DNA from: Iphione sp. A-MEVVRFRX5
Taxonomy: Eukaryota
Assembly (NCBI GenBank): GCA_976226885.1
Contig: OZ320321.1
Location: 51,894,001 to 51,958,000 of the forward strand
DNA length: 64,000 bases
Reading direction: 5' to 3'
This document shows positions 50,701 to 64,000 of this stretch, piece after piece; within the stretch, counting starts at the first letter, position 1; every line of letters starts with the position of its first letter. A program made the translations under genes and the position numbers. The notes under the pieces were generated by a model that was not told the origin of the DNA, ran no database searches, and was given only the letters and a program-made list of their open reading frames with translations.

Positions 50701-53700
50701 GGTGTCCTAATTTAGATATATGTATTTTCATGCCTTCCATAAAAAACAATGATGTATCATTTGGCAGGAAGAACAACCGTTCACACGGATAATGGAATCG
50801 GAATGAAGGGAGATCTTGAAAGGAATATAGCTATTATCAATCCAATGCAACATGAACACAATCATGTCATATTTTTACTATTCTTTGAACATATTTTGCT
50901 GAATCAAGTTCAATTGGAACTGGCCGTTGCCTTAAAGACCGTCATTGATAAATGATGTAACAATTTTTACGCCTTTGAGGTAGCTACACGATTAACTGAT
51001 TTACTTTTGGGGGAAAATAGAATGTGAACGATAAGAAACTTGTCAGGTGTTATGTGGATAGCGAAAAAGCACTGTCTAGACGAAAACAGAGACGCCCAGG
51101 GTCCAGTAAACAGAGACCCTCGAAGGGAACTTTACCTGTAGAGTCCATGAAATACACATCTTGCATTGTGTCTATCTATAGCATGTATTGATTCCATCGT
51201 TTTCTAGCTATCATGAGTCGGCTAGACTTTATTCACAAAGTTTCATGTAAAAAAACACAACTCATTATTTTCCTGCGTAATGCAAGCTTGGCCATTGTAG
51301 TCGTGGCATGAAATTTCCGTATTCGTGCTATATTTTCGGTCCTCTAGCACATCAACATTCGTAAAGCTACGAAGAAACTGGAAGACATGACGATTGGTTT
51401 GAACACGTCATTAAACCGGTTCTAATGGATAAACTAAAAGCGTTTTTCTCGTAAGCAATACTGAGTACTGAATACTGAGTAATATAAAAAGCTCTATAAG
51501 GACATCGTTATACATTCTGTATTTCTTCTTTTACCAACAACCTAGTTGCCGATTTGATAAATCTCTGGTCTTTTAGACCACTGTGTATGGAGTGCCTTTG
51601 GAACCCTCTTTATGTGGAGATGAACATCTGTCTGGTAATAGACCTATTATTTAGTGGCAGTGTAACATCTGTAGCATCACACTGCTAGAGAGCACATCCA
51701 GTATCATTACCAATACAGTCAATGAAGGCATGTGCAGCAGTAGTGCATGTCTCAATGATAGAGGAGACCCTTAGGGGCTCCTACACTCTCTTGGCTTTCG
51801 CATAGCATGGTGAGACCTCAGGGCCATTGTTTAGTGTTCCAGGTCTCTGAACACTATATATTAATAACCCAAGGTTCAGCTGCTTTCAAAAGTATACGCT
51901 GGCGATCTAACGGATAAGACTGTTTCGTGCGGGTAAAAAGTCCACCAGGATACAGTTATTCTCTCACGAGTCTTGCCTAAACACTTCCCTGGACACAAAC
52001 CTTATCGGTAGACGGATGCTGCGGTGGCAGTGTTCAGTGATACATGATTCGTTTGTTAAAAATAGTGTAGCACCGTTGCACACAATCATAATTCGCAGGG
52101 CTTCATACTGTTGTATCATACTGTTTTTGTTGTACACAAGTGCTGGTATTCATTGCCCCTGGCTCTCCCTAGAAGGACGGTATTTTTTTTACAGTATGAA
52201 GGATATGCAGAACACATTCATGATCTACTGATGGCCAATCGCAGGTTGTCGGCTATATATTCATGCGACGAGAGTAATACACAAGCAAGGCACGGATAAC
52301 CGCCTGAATGGTTAATTCAGCAAGTACGGATCACGTGCCGACATAAAACGAGATTTCTTTCCGGTTACCAGGGTAACGGAAGGAAATCTACAAGCATCCG
52401 TTATGAAGCTCTTGGCATCCGTAATCCTAATCCATAGAACAATGAAGCAGAACCATGCGCCCCCCCCCCCCGCCACAATGGAGCGTATCTGGCGAAAGCA
52501 TACAAACAGCGCTGGATAGAAACGAGAATACGCGAGACTAGCGCGGAGCAAACTGCTCAATAAAGACGACAGTGAAATCTAACTAAGTTGTGTTATTCGC
52601 AACGCAAGCAGCGTAAATGTCCGTCACAGTTACAGTTGATAGTGATGCAGAAGCAAGCATGTGAACGTTAAGGCTGGTATAAAAAAAACGGAGGTAAATG
52701 TCATGGCAGTGGTTTATACTATACAACAGCCATGTTAATATGGACGCTACTGCACCTGCAAACAAATGTGGGAACCGTTTCACACTGCGGCAGCTCAGGC
52801 ATTCGCCACAACCTCATGGAGGTAACCTCGTAGAAGACAGTTGATGGTGCAGCGAAGTACAGTCAATGTGTCAATAAAAAGTTTATATATATATTTATTG
52901 ACAGACTTAAGTTCATTTGTCTTTAAAGCTGCTAGTTCTATTAGTCCAAAATTTCACTTAGTGACTATGGGTCATTTAAGAGCTTTCAAGTAATGGAATC
53001 TGCTGGTGTTACCTACATAATGCGGATTATTATTTAATGTAATTATAATATTAGCTACATTATTTATATAAATTGGATGTTCGTTACCATGCAAATAATG
53101 TATCTAATCGATTCTGCATATGTTGATAATTTAAAAAAACCATGGCTAACGATTTGTTTTGAACCCAAGAAAGACAATCCCCGATTTACTAAAATCGCCT
53201 CCATGTGCCTGCGGGAGAACATGTAGGTTTATAGAACTCACTTGATGGAATCACGTTTGAAAGGTACCCAGGGAGGGAAATACAAATACGGCCAAATTAC
53301 ACTTTAGTTTTTACATCGGTTACCCTCTTGACAAGCTGAGTGAGTTTCAATGATCAGAGTCAATACACTTTTGGAGCCGAGTGAAAAAGGATGCATGTTG
53401 CTGCTTGGAGTTTTTTCCATTCATGTACTCTGTCCTTTGTCTCTGGTCGCATATTATGCCTCCTTGGCACTTGGCACTAGAACGACTCATTCAAATGCAT
53501 TCGAAATGAGAAAAATGTCGCTAAGTGGCACTTTCTTTCGCTCTCTGCTGTAAATGCTTTGACTATTTCTTCGTATTTACTAAACTTGTGACCAAATGTA
53601 TTCAGTTACATGTATTCTCAATGTCAACTATTTGCTACACTTTTTTGCTCTTGATTTATTGCACTTTTTCCACGCGTGCCTTTTAAAAGACGAACTTCCC

Positions 53701-54403
53701 GCGTCTTGCCCATGTCAGTGGTGCAGACAGTGCGCACTGCTCGGCTGGATTTAGAAATAAAAGCATACAGTCTGACACAATGTATATTGAAGAGATGACA
53801 GTCGTGTGCTATGCGGTGTCTGCGCACACATGTTGATTTCTGTTGCTTTATGCCGTCCTGTTTGCAATTATCCAATCCAGACGACTTCTTAATTAACGTA
53901 CGATTTCATATAGATACAGGCAAGACTCCATCAAGCAAAATATGAAGTTCAGCTGTGTTCTATTTTTTATGGCATCATTGAGTCGCTCATGCAACGTATC
54001 AAGAGGTCTAATGAAAATGCTTAGATTAGAAAGCATTCTCTCACTGGTTTCGTGGTGGAGGCGCTTCTCATCGTGGGTGCTAATATTTTATTGACTAATG
54101 CTTCCGGACTAACACATATTCGAAAGACTCCACAGTCACAGACGCCTTTTCTACGACCGTTAATGCACGTAACCTGTCAGACCAGACACTGTTGGAAAAC
54201 TGTGACTCTATATTCCTGTAGCGCATGAGTTTGTACAAACATCATCTAAGGTTAGAGTTACAACAGGTAGCTTGTTACTGGCTGCCCTTTTAACTTCGCA
54301 GTTTTATTGAAATTACGCGTTTTTTGTCCATTTGGTTATAAAATAGGGAATGTTCACGAAAGACGCAAGTTGTGTACGACTGCACGTCCTCAAGAAGAAT
54401 TCT

Positions 54404-55100
54404 TTTGAATGGACTGTGGTGAGTACATGTAGGTAAGCAGCCCTCTTGAATGAACCATGGTGAGTACATGTAGGTAGGCGGCCCTCTTGAATGGACTGTG
54501 GTGAGTACATGTAGGTAGGCGGCCCTCTTGAATGGACTGTGGTGAGTACATGTAGGTAGGCGGCCCTCTTGAATGAACCGCGGTGAGTACATGTAGGTAG
54601 GCGGCCCTCTTGAATGGACTGTGGTGAGTACATGTAGGTAAGCAGCCCTCTTGAATGAACCGTGGTGAGTACATGTAGGTAGGCAGCCCTCTTGAATGGA
54701 CTGTGGTGAGTACATGTAGGTAGGCGGCCCTCTTGAATGAACCGCGGTGAGTACATGTAGGTAGGCAGCCCTCTTGAATGGACTGTGGTGAGTACATGTA
54801 GGTAAGCAGCCCTCTTGAATGAACCGTGGTGAGTACATGTAGGTAGGCGGCCCTCTTGAATGGACTGTGGCGAGTACATGTAGGTAAGCAGCCCTCTTGA
54901 ATGAACCATGGTGAGTACATGTAGGTAAGCAGCTCTCTTGAATGGACCGTGGTGAGTACATGTAGGTAGGCAGCACTCTTGAATGTACCGTGGTGAGTAC
55001 ATGTAGGTAAGCAGCTCTCTTGAATGGACTGTGGCGAGTACATGCAGGTAAGCAGCTCTCTTGAATGGACCGTGGTGAGTACCTATAGGTAGGCAGCCCT
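54404..55100. repeat. Minisatellite, 17 x 41 bp
   Basis: Unit TTGAATGRACYRTGGTGAGTACATGTAGGTARGCRGCCCTC; GAGTAC recurs every 41 nt from 54421 to 55077. Confidence 0.97.
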
Positions 55101-58100
55101 GTTTTGGTTTTTGCAGTACCTAATTACTGAAGTGCTGTACTGTATGCACACTATGAATGGAAGACTTTCATGGTGTCTTGAGGATATATGGAAGGAAACC
55201 AAAACTGAATCCATTTTTGATATGCAGAAGTATATTGTAAAATGCTGACTGAACATTATATGGAGGCACAGGGGTTGAATCTAGTTATTTGTATATTTAT
55301 AATATCCTATTGAAAGTTCAGATGTAGTCCTCGAGAAAAGAGCTCCAGGAGAGCCTTGTGACTATATAAACATACAAGTATAATATTCCAGGTAAATATC
55401 ATTCTCTTAGGTAATTGCTCGTTATCAGCTTGAAAGATTAACAAACACGTCCTCAAATAGGAATGCGCAAGTTGGCCACGGCATAGGTTGATCATCATGA
55501 TGATTACCCTATCGTTGAGTGGCAAAAATGGGTCTAAAGCTGCTAAGCATACAATAGATTTAGTTATGTTACTCTCATATGTAATTCATGCATGTTCCAG
55601 ATTATACTCTGTGAAAACAGTACTAATGCAGAGGTGCATGTAATTCATAAAGCTATTAATCAGTCAAAAGAAACAAGTGAAGGATGGACAATATCGGTTT
55701 GTCAACGACCAGAGTTTGTCGTCTGGATTACGTCCAGAGGGGGGTCATATTTCTGTCATCACTGCTGTCACTGAGGGTCACATCGCGCTACGACTTGGCG
55801 CTCGTTTCCTGCTGTTAGTCCTGTTTCTCAAGTTCGTAATCGCTGGGGATATCATAGATCTCACCTGGAACCTGCATATTCCTCGGGATTGGCCTCTCGG
55901 TGGTGGTAGTGGTTGGGCTTAGGGCGACCGCAGTGCTGGCGTCGAATTACCGACCGGTAATACGAATCATCTTTAAGAATAGTTATCTTGGTGTACGAGA
56001 TCATTCCAAGGGTCCAAGATGATAAAGCAACGTCTATGCAGTGGCCCCATCTTTTGATATTTGTCCCTATAATTATGTTTTGTTACATATCATGAGCTTT
56101 ACTGCTGGCTTTATTTCGAGATCATTTGATGTAACCTCATTACTGGTCCTTGTGAAAGGGTACAGTTTGGTAATATTCTCGTTTGTTTCTATAGTCTGCT
56201 AAATATATGCAAATCGCCACGTTTTTTTCAGTTTAGGGTGGTTTGTGATTACAGCTCACATGAACGTTTAAGATCTATCACAATGGTACAACAGATAAGT
56301 GTGATGTATAGGAGCATATTATGTCAGAAGAAAAACTCGGGTTCAAATCACGTGTCACCATGCTCCGAATTTCTTCTGTGTCAAATCGAAATGGCATAGG
56401 AAATCTTGTTCATTTTTCAGAGGGGAAAACTACTGTGTGGGTTATATGATGGCGGGATCGGACACGGCGACGTGTATCATTGTCTCGAGTTTCGCTCTGA
56501 ATGATTTTGTAATATTTAAGCCCTCTCATTCAGTGCGTGGCATTACGTCTGAATGGCGTATTGTTAACGTGCTGTCGATTACATGGCCGCTGAGGTATGG
56601 CCCCATTAGACCATTGTGACTTGAGGGGCGAACTCCTTGATTATGACGAGGTAGATATCGACACAGAAACACGAGACAGCAATATCGTGTGTCGCCCAGG
56701 TGTCCACAATGAAATGGGTACGGAATATTCATGCAGGGGAGGGATAGAAAAGCTCAACGGCCATGATTGATATGGCGAAACAAACCTGACTTGAGATAAG
56801 TGATCACCTACTCACACACAGTGAATGTTCACTGGGGCACGCATGTAACACCCTCTCTACGCACATTTCTATTGGAGATCAGGAGAGTACATTATTCCTA
56901 CAGTCCCCAAATTGCTGACGATTCCCTTCCATCCCTGATCTTGTACATTGCGGGTTTATTGCTTGACCCCTACAAATACTGCATAGGCATTTGACCCTTT
57001 TGATACAAATATATCCCCACAATGCCTGATGGGACCATCAAAAGCGCCACTGCTATAACCCTCCTCCCAGCGATGGACTAACAGACTGGACCCCAAACGC
57101 AGGTCCATTTAAGAACCCAACAGTGGCGAGAGCCTCAACAGGACAGATATGCCTGCAGCAGAAGTGACCTGAAGTGACCTCGAGGTCCCCCAACATCCGC
57201 CCCCTGGTGAGGAGGGGTGTAAGTAGAGTGAACTAGATTGAGTAAAGAGATAAACCCGCACAGGGCCATGAACATACATCAAATAACATCACCAGCCAGA
57301 TGGGAATGGATGGGGAACAGCCCGTATGGGTGTTGGCACAGTTGCCTGGCGGTCTTGCACTGGACTGACGCTGCAGTAAAGATATTTTGTATACTATAAG
57401 GGATGCAATACTTATATGATAAACACAAGGGACTAAATGAGAATCCCTTTTTTACAGGCATAGTTAGAGACTTTTTGAGAGCCTTTTGATTTAATAATTT
57501 ATTGTGTCATTATCTTGAATGGTTTACAATATACATGTAGGACCAAAAGGCTGGATTATGGACTGTTGGAAAGGGAAATAACCACCAACGAAAGAGAAAT
57601 GATAGGGAAATTTCGGACATAGAGTCCAACACAACCATCTCCCAAATTTGTCAACTATGTTCATTAGCAGCATTGAGAACGTTAGTTGATTTAGTTACAA
57701 ATGGACGTAGACAGACAACAGTATATGTACGTGCTGGAAGCTGTGTTTTGAAAGCAAGAAGGTTGACCTAAAGGAGAAATATAATAAACAATACCTCCTT
57801 TTTAGCATAGAATAAAAGCGTGATATGAAACTAAACTTAAAATGGGGTGATCAGGAATACGAGATATCTTGGCAGAAAAAGTATGTTCCTTTTCCTCGTG
57901 ATATATATGTTACTCACATGAAATTGCAGTTTTTCTAAATTGATAACATATTTTTCCTCTTTGATTGAAATATGGTTTCAGACATGTAAGTATATGCAAA
58001 GAAACGATCATGTATGTTTAGGAAGAGAGAACGAGCGAGCTTTAGCGACAAAGACCCAAATTAAGCCATATTGAGGTAGTAGAGCGGTGAACGCCATTAG

Positions 58101-59592
58101 TGGTTCCCTTTTTCCTGCCGTCAGTTGTTGGTCATTTATCCCCTCATTTGTTAGGCGCCACGATGATTTATATATGCTGCCTCGAGTCGGCTAGATTGGG
58201 TCGGCATCATTAGCACTGGTATGGGTGTCGCGTCATCATGTCATTGAAAGGTATATAAGGTATCGTCAGATTTTAATTGAAATTGCTAGATTACAAGACA
58301 TACGTCTTCAAAAACCCCCTTACCCCTGAACGCGACATTTCTGCCTAATCATTTCTGTGAATCTGCATGCAATATTTGATAGGCCGGTAGTCTTGCTATG
58401 TATCATCCATTACGAGACGGTTCTGTCTCTTACTAATCACCTGGAGATATATTCATCTTACGTTTTGCGCACCTTTCCAGTGTTCGATGCACTCTATGAT
58501 CCATTTCCCTACCGTCTGACATCTACGAAAGGAGTCATTCTTCCATTACAGCCTATTCTGAATAGCTTGGCAAATCGAAGGAATATAATAGATCATTTGA
58601 TATACATATGTATATCGGCTATCACGCTAGGAAATACTTACGTCAAAGATGACAGACTACATCTGATGATTTTCCGCCACGCAAATCAATCTCAAATTGA
58701 CCATACATTCCTTCAAGGTGAGACTTCTGGAATTGCTGTTCTGACTGCTTGTTAGTATAGTGGATATTCTTAAAGCCGTAGACAAACAAAGCTCCCCCTC
58801 GAAAGAATATTTATGGAGGATGTCTGGACAGTGCACGTAAGTTGCTGCAGACACTGTAGATCGGTCAACTAAGAGGAAGGACAAAATGCTCCCCAATACG
58901 TTTGTTTTAATTCCCTGTAACTGGTTTACTAGTGAAACTACAAAGGATACATCTCCAAATATTAAAACTGACAAACGGGAAGATAATTCTTATCGATACT
59001 CGTCCATCGATTCAGAGATTTGAGAGCTGAGACTTTCCAAGTATAAGTTAAAATCAGGTTATGTCTTGATGGTGACTGGCCTCATCACGTAACCCTTGAA
59101 TAATTCTGCATCAGCAGGTCAGTGAACGGCGATATGTTTCGGAAGGGTTGGGATTATTATAGTATACATTTTTGTTTACTTGGAATGTGATTTCTCGGTC
59201 TACTTGTGTCTTGAACCTCCCTACCCAGCCATAGTAAACATCTTCCACTCTCATGTGTGTTTAAATGTCTAGTGTGATTTATTAGTCTTTTGTGTTTATT
59301 CTCTGTACCAAGTCATTGTACTTCTATTCTACTGCAAGTGAATGTTTGTTTGAATGTCGAGTGCGATTTCTTAGTCTAATTTTTGTCCTTAAATCGCCAT
59401 ACTTAGCCATCGTATATCTGTTCAATACTATAAGATCATTTCGTTTAAATTATGAGCGTAATTCATTAGTCTAACTCGCGTCTTTAGCCCCGCGAGCTAG
59501 TCGTAGGGAATCCATTCTATTGCAGGAGATTGTTCCTGTTTGGACACTGAGGGTGATTTCTTGGTTCATCTCAGCTCGCACCATCAAAGACC

Positions 59593-59681
59593 ATGTTGCT
59601 ATGGGCACGAGTTGACAATGCCATTGGGAGGCAGTTGCCAGAACGGAATCAGGATACTGGGAGAAAGGCCAAATCTCACCG
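59593..59681 (+). CDS. Alternative first coding exon 1b (29 aa) of the BAIAP3/Munc13-4-like gene
   Basis: Acceptor TTCTATTGCAG| at 59525, accATG at 59593, MLLWARVDNAIGRQLPERNQDTGRKAKSH, phase-2 donor CCG|GTACCT (weak); in frame with exon 60373. Confidence 0.55.
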
Positions 59682-60372
59682 GTACCTAAATGACAAGGCG
59701 TCTAGATAAATAAGGATCACTGAGCCAAAGTGCGCCATCACTGCAGGAGGGATAGTACCTCGCGATTCAATCAGGATCCAAAATCAAACGAGCTGGTCGT
59801 TAGATAACCTAGAAACGCTACCCCTCAAAAAACGAAATGTTGGGCGATCATCAGGGGGTAAAACGTCATATTGTTCACCTCTGAACTAATTTCTCTTGTT
59901 ATTTTCTTCAATGTCCCATTAATGTCTCCAAGATTGAATTTCATATATTGCGTTCTTGCACGCTGTCCCCTTGCCTTAACGCCCCTAGGCCGATGTCGGT
60001 GTGAGCGGGAAAAAGGCAAAACGAGGCATTCTCGCCACAGGTTTCACTGGCGAGAAAACGGACATTAAGTGGGCATGGTGACAGCGATTTTGAACTCAGC
60101 GTGGAAGTGCCCCTGTTTATTACATCCGACTTTACCGGCGATATTGACATGACATCATATGATATTACTTATTCATTTGGATGGACTTGTCCTGTTGATT
60201 AAAGTATCCGTCATCGACGACTTATTGGTTCACTCCGATTACGCTCCATCCTTTTCTTCTGAATATTCTAGCTTGGCAGAGTTCACTGAAGTGAAATACT
60301 CGTTGGTTTATACTATTCTGTTGTCCTGTTCGAAATGATAACACATTTACATTCTTTTTTTTTCTTCTGCAG

Positions 60373-60460
60373 GGTGCAGGAATCGGACGGAAACTTCTTC
60401 GAGAGTTTTACTGCACTGGCGTGGAAACAAGAAAATCGACGAAGGCGAGCTACAAGTGAG
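60373..60460 (+). CDS. BAIAP3: Shared internal coding exon, BAI1-associated protein 3 / Munc13-4 (unc-13-4)-like
   Basis: Strong acceptor TTTTTTTTCTTCTGCAG| and donor GAG|GTAAGT; encodes VQESDGNFFESFTALAWKQENRRRRATSE. I recall the DG.FFE.F motif from invertebrate BAIAP3/staccato N-termini; exon structure is solid, family call is from memory and unverified. Confidence 0.65.
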
Positions 60461-63400
60461 GTAAGTAATTAGGAGCACGTGTTTAATCGTGAAACAAGTT
60501 CATTCTATAGGCGATTTCTTCAGGAGACGTTCTCAAACAGTTTGGGAAATGTCACTGGTGTTGGATGATTCACTGGGACCACGACATGAATAAAAAAAAC
60601 TCCCATCGTCGCAAAGGAAATAAAGCACTTGATTTTACTTTCCAGCTTCCTGAAGTGTAATGACACGTGCCAAATGTCAGGTGAAAACGCAATGTTCCAG
60701 AAAGCAATCAAGTACTGTGGAGACATTGTCTTTCAAAGTGCCTTCAATTTCTAAGATGACGAACGTCCTCCATTGGGTGTTATTACTGAAACAGCATGAA
60801 AGGCATGTTCTCATAAGACGTGTCAGACATGTACCTACTATTTTCTCGTCCCGGGAGATGCAGTGTAGCAAATAGAAGTGTATGAATGCATTTCCTCGGT
60901 GCATTTGTCTTTATTGAGGGATTGTAAACAATATAAATATTTCAAACTGAAATATTGTTAGAACAGAGTTACATGTGTGTATACATGAGGCCAAGACAGT
61001 ACCCAAGCAGCTCGTTTTAATTTCCATTCCATTGTCTTTCACTGGAGACGAATCCTTAGAAACTTAAAATCACCGAAATAGTACAACGCACAAGATGGTA
61101 GTACAATGTCCCTTTGCCAATTCTCATAAAAAATCATGATGCATACTCAATCTACACTCTAGTAGGACCCTTATCATGAAAAGGCATAAGGAAAGTCAAC
61201 ATGAAATGTAAATTATTTATGTTCATTACTATAACTGAGCTCGAAAATAGAATCTGTCCATTGGAGGCCATCAATCCGATATAGTACTGGTGGCTATTGT
61301 ACATGTATAATGTAAAAACGTTATTGCTGAGTCAGCTCTCACTCCCAAAAAGGTTGTTGATAGGCTGGTATTGGAAACAGGAGTTTCTGCGATTTAGACA
61401 CAACTAAATAATAGATTACATTTTCATGGATAACTTTCTGTAGGTTTTTAGAATTATTTGAATTGCGTTTCGGATTTATATATATATTTGTATTACTTTA
61501 AAAGTAAAGTGACATTTTTTTAGCATTTAATAAGCACACTCAACTTTTCTTCCGTGCAGATATTTCTGAAATGCAGAAAGTTTTGAAATTTTGTTACATT
61601 AGAGGATAAGTTTCACTTGAAAATTGAGGAAAGTATAGATCTAAGGATGGTGAGTATTTTGATCTGAAAATAATTTATGAACAAATAAATTACAGGATTA
61701 TGATAAAATGCTTCTGGATGCGTATAGATATGGAATAGGTATACCATTGATATGAATTTCAAAGAAAACAGAACAACAGTTTATCTTCTAGATATATTGA
61801 AAGAGGCCTCATATGTTAAGTATTGTGAGTAATTACTGCCTGTGCCCAGTCCTCAAGTAACTGGAAGTAGAACTCGCATGAGCTCTGGTGCACTCTGATC
61901 TTTTATTGAAAAAAGTGGTCACGGAAGGTTCATTGCACTCACTGTAGCAGTCTTCATAAAAATAAAAATCCTACTTATCTCTTATAAACTGTGTGCTCAC
62001 AATGTAAAATAAAAAAACCGTCGTATTTTCTTCGCCAGCGAATAAAAACACGCTGTATGTTCTAGGCATCCTGCACCTGTGTCAACCCGTTTCCATAGAA
62101 AGGAGTCACAGGTGTGGCAGTCTACAGATACGAGCAAGAAAAGTTCGGTCCGGACACATCGACGCCTTTCCTGCCAGCAGCGATTTGGCGTCATTCAGTG
62201 CAGTTCCCGAAATTAAATGCTAGAATCGTGCAGCCATTGATGATGTCGTCGCAATGACAGGGAAAGAATCATTAAGATCGCCTGATATGATATACATGTC
62301 TGGATGCAACGACATTACTTGCATCGGAACCTCTGTCGAGATTTGACGTTATTCATGTTCGCATTCAGGTGCCGTAACGTGCACATGCCCATTCCGGTAG
62401 GCGGCCTCGGAAGCATGCGCCTGATATTTGGGTGTCACCTCGAAAGGAAACCTATGCACAGAACTGTGTACACGCTGTCTAATATGGTTCCCTCTGACAC
62501 TGTCGTACAGGAAAGCCGGCCACAGGAAGCCCTCGAATTCAACCCGCCTGGGATCTCTTGATGTTGTTATTCGAGGTATTGAAGTGTGCAATCTGTAATC
62601 TCCTACGGGGAAACCATTTCATTAGATCGGGGGCCCTGATGTCACGGTAGCACAGTGTCGAATGCCTTTCATGGCGATGAAGGCGGTTCGAGATGGGGGA
62701 TTAGTAGGCGTAGGGACGGATCAACCAGGTATAGCGACCGCGTGTGCCCTTGCTGTGAAGTTCCTTGATACCCATTGAGCGCATGAAATGTTAAGCATGA
62801 CCTCAATCAGCGAGGATGTCGTGACAAATTAATGATTGAAGACTGGTAGTCATTCATTGTTGTGCGGAAGAAAGCGGTTTGTCAATACGGAATATTGATA
62901 GTGATCAGACATGACATGTTGTTCACTTTTAACCGCCTTTTAGTCCGGTGCCATTTCGTGGTTCCTTGAACGTGGAACACCTATCTAGTTCTCAACCAGT
63001 GTCATGAACTCGACACTATAAGAGCAAGATCAAATTTGGAAGGGTCATAGAGAGGCCAAAGAAAGCCGCGTCGTATTGGACACTCATCAGTAAGTGCGTG
63101 ACACATTTTATGCATAGATGGACCGATACTGACAAACTCTTACCAGGCTTATAAGCCTCTTAGACCAAATACACTGTCTCAGTTTTGGTGGACAGGCACG
63201 CTGGCAAGGCTACACCGTGGGAGAAAAGAATGGCCGGGGAAACTCGTCCATCACGATACATTTCCGATTTGCTGCTACTGGCTCTCGCGGCGCACGCGCA
63301 GGCGCACGCGACTTGCTAATCGGATCACTTGATGAGGTAGTGAGCATTCAGTCACGGACCTGTCTAAAGATGGCGCTGTCAGCTGCCAGCCTACGTCACG

Positions 63401-64000
63401 TCCGGTTGACGATTCAGGTCACTAGACGAAGGATGCTCCTGACTCGAGCAAGGGTCGGGAGAGGGCTAAGATTTTCAATTTAACTCTTGTCAAATCTTTT
63501 ATGAAAGTTTCTCCTGCGGAAGTGTGGTCAGCAAATGCTCGCATTGCTCGCTACTTTCCAGTGTCCCGATATATCAGGAAATATACAATTACTCCACCCA
63601 ACCCCAAACGCACGTACTCCAACAGAGACACAGCCGTCTGTGTACTTTGGAAATGGCTCTAAGTTGCTCCTAATGTAACCAGTTTTGATTGCTGACATTT
63701 CGGTATCATGGACTACGTTACAGGTCGAAAGTCAGTTTGGGCGGCTTCAAAATGTCGCTCGTGGCGAAATAATCAGCTGTCTTAAGTGCTAGTTCCAATT
63801 TGCCCTCCCCTTTGCATATAAGAAAATGCTTCCCTATTCTGAGTGAAACGACGCAATCAGTCTACTGGCCATTGCACAGCGGACTTCCAAGACATCGCCT
63901 CAAATGATATGCAGAATATCGCTCGTGGATCCATTCAAACAGCGCAATCTGCATTCCGCATCCTACTGACTTATTAGCAGATGGGAAGCCTAATTAACGT

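Noticed and set aside
54290-55043. Three 217-229 aa minus-strand ORFs; CRISPR-like appearance
   Set aside because: Artefact of a stop-free 41-bp unit read in all three frames; no unique spacers and no cas genes
57279-57461. HPYGLF..PSG as a Rex1/Babar LINE C-terminal remnant
   Set aside because: Too short and frameshifted to support
61545-61660. Candidate next host exon (acceptor at 61559, donor GTGAGT near 61650)
   Set aside because: No acceptor gives a stop-free phase-0 frame compatible with the exon ending at 60460
62641-62700. A-box/B-box-like motifs (TAGCACAGTG...GGTTCGAGA): tRNA or SINE head
   Set aside because: No cloverleaf, degenerate boxes, and no second copy in the window

Overview
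Eukaryotic genomic DNA, most likely from a marine invertebrate. This is an inference from the spliceosomal introns, the abundant TACATGTA and the MITE/LINE landscape. It is mostly non-coding; there are no rRNA, tRNA or CRISPR loci that I can support. A + strand host gene, tentatively BAIAP3/Munc13-4 (unc-13-4/staccato)-like, contributes three coding exons. Two are alternative phase-2 first coding exons (20718-21052 and 59593-59681), and both splice in frame to a shared exon (60373-60460). The ~39-kb first intron holds the main object: an apparently intact, very young Ngaro-type (DIRS order) tyrosine-recombinase retrotransposon on the - strand (33165-37768). It has perfect split direct repeats (A1-gag-RT/RNaseH-YR-B1-A2-spacer-B2) and a 5-bp CATTA crossover core at both ends and at the internal B1/A2 junction. 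Its expression signals can be read from the sequence. Gag ends on a canonical A_AAA_AAC -1 slippery site followed by a stem-loop. The recombinase ORF has no usable AUG, lies in frame behind the single RT/RH UGA, and has a TTTCAG acceptor that is in phase with two upstream donors. Other content includes two 5'-truncated CR1/L2-group LINEs, an orphan LINE endonuclease fragment, a solo LTR whose empty site is preserved in a neighbouring duplicate, several MITEs, microsatellites, and a 17 x 41-bp minisatellite in which most units carry two splice-donor-like motifs.
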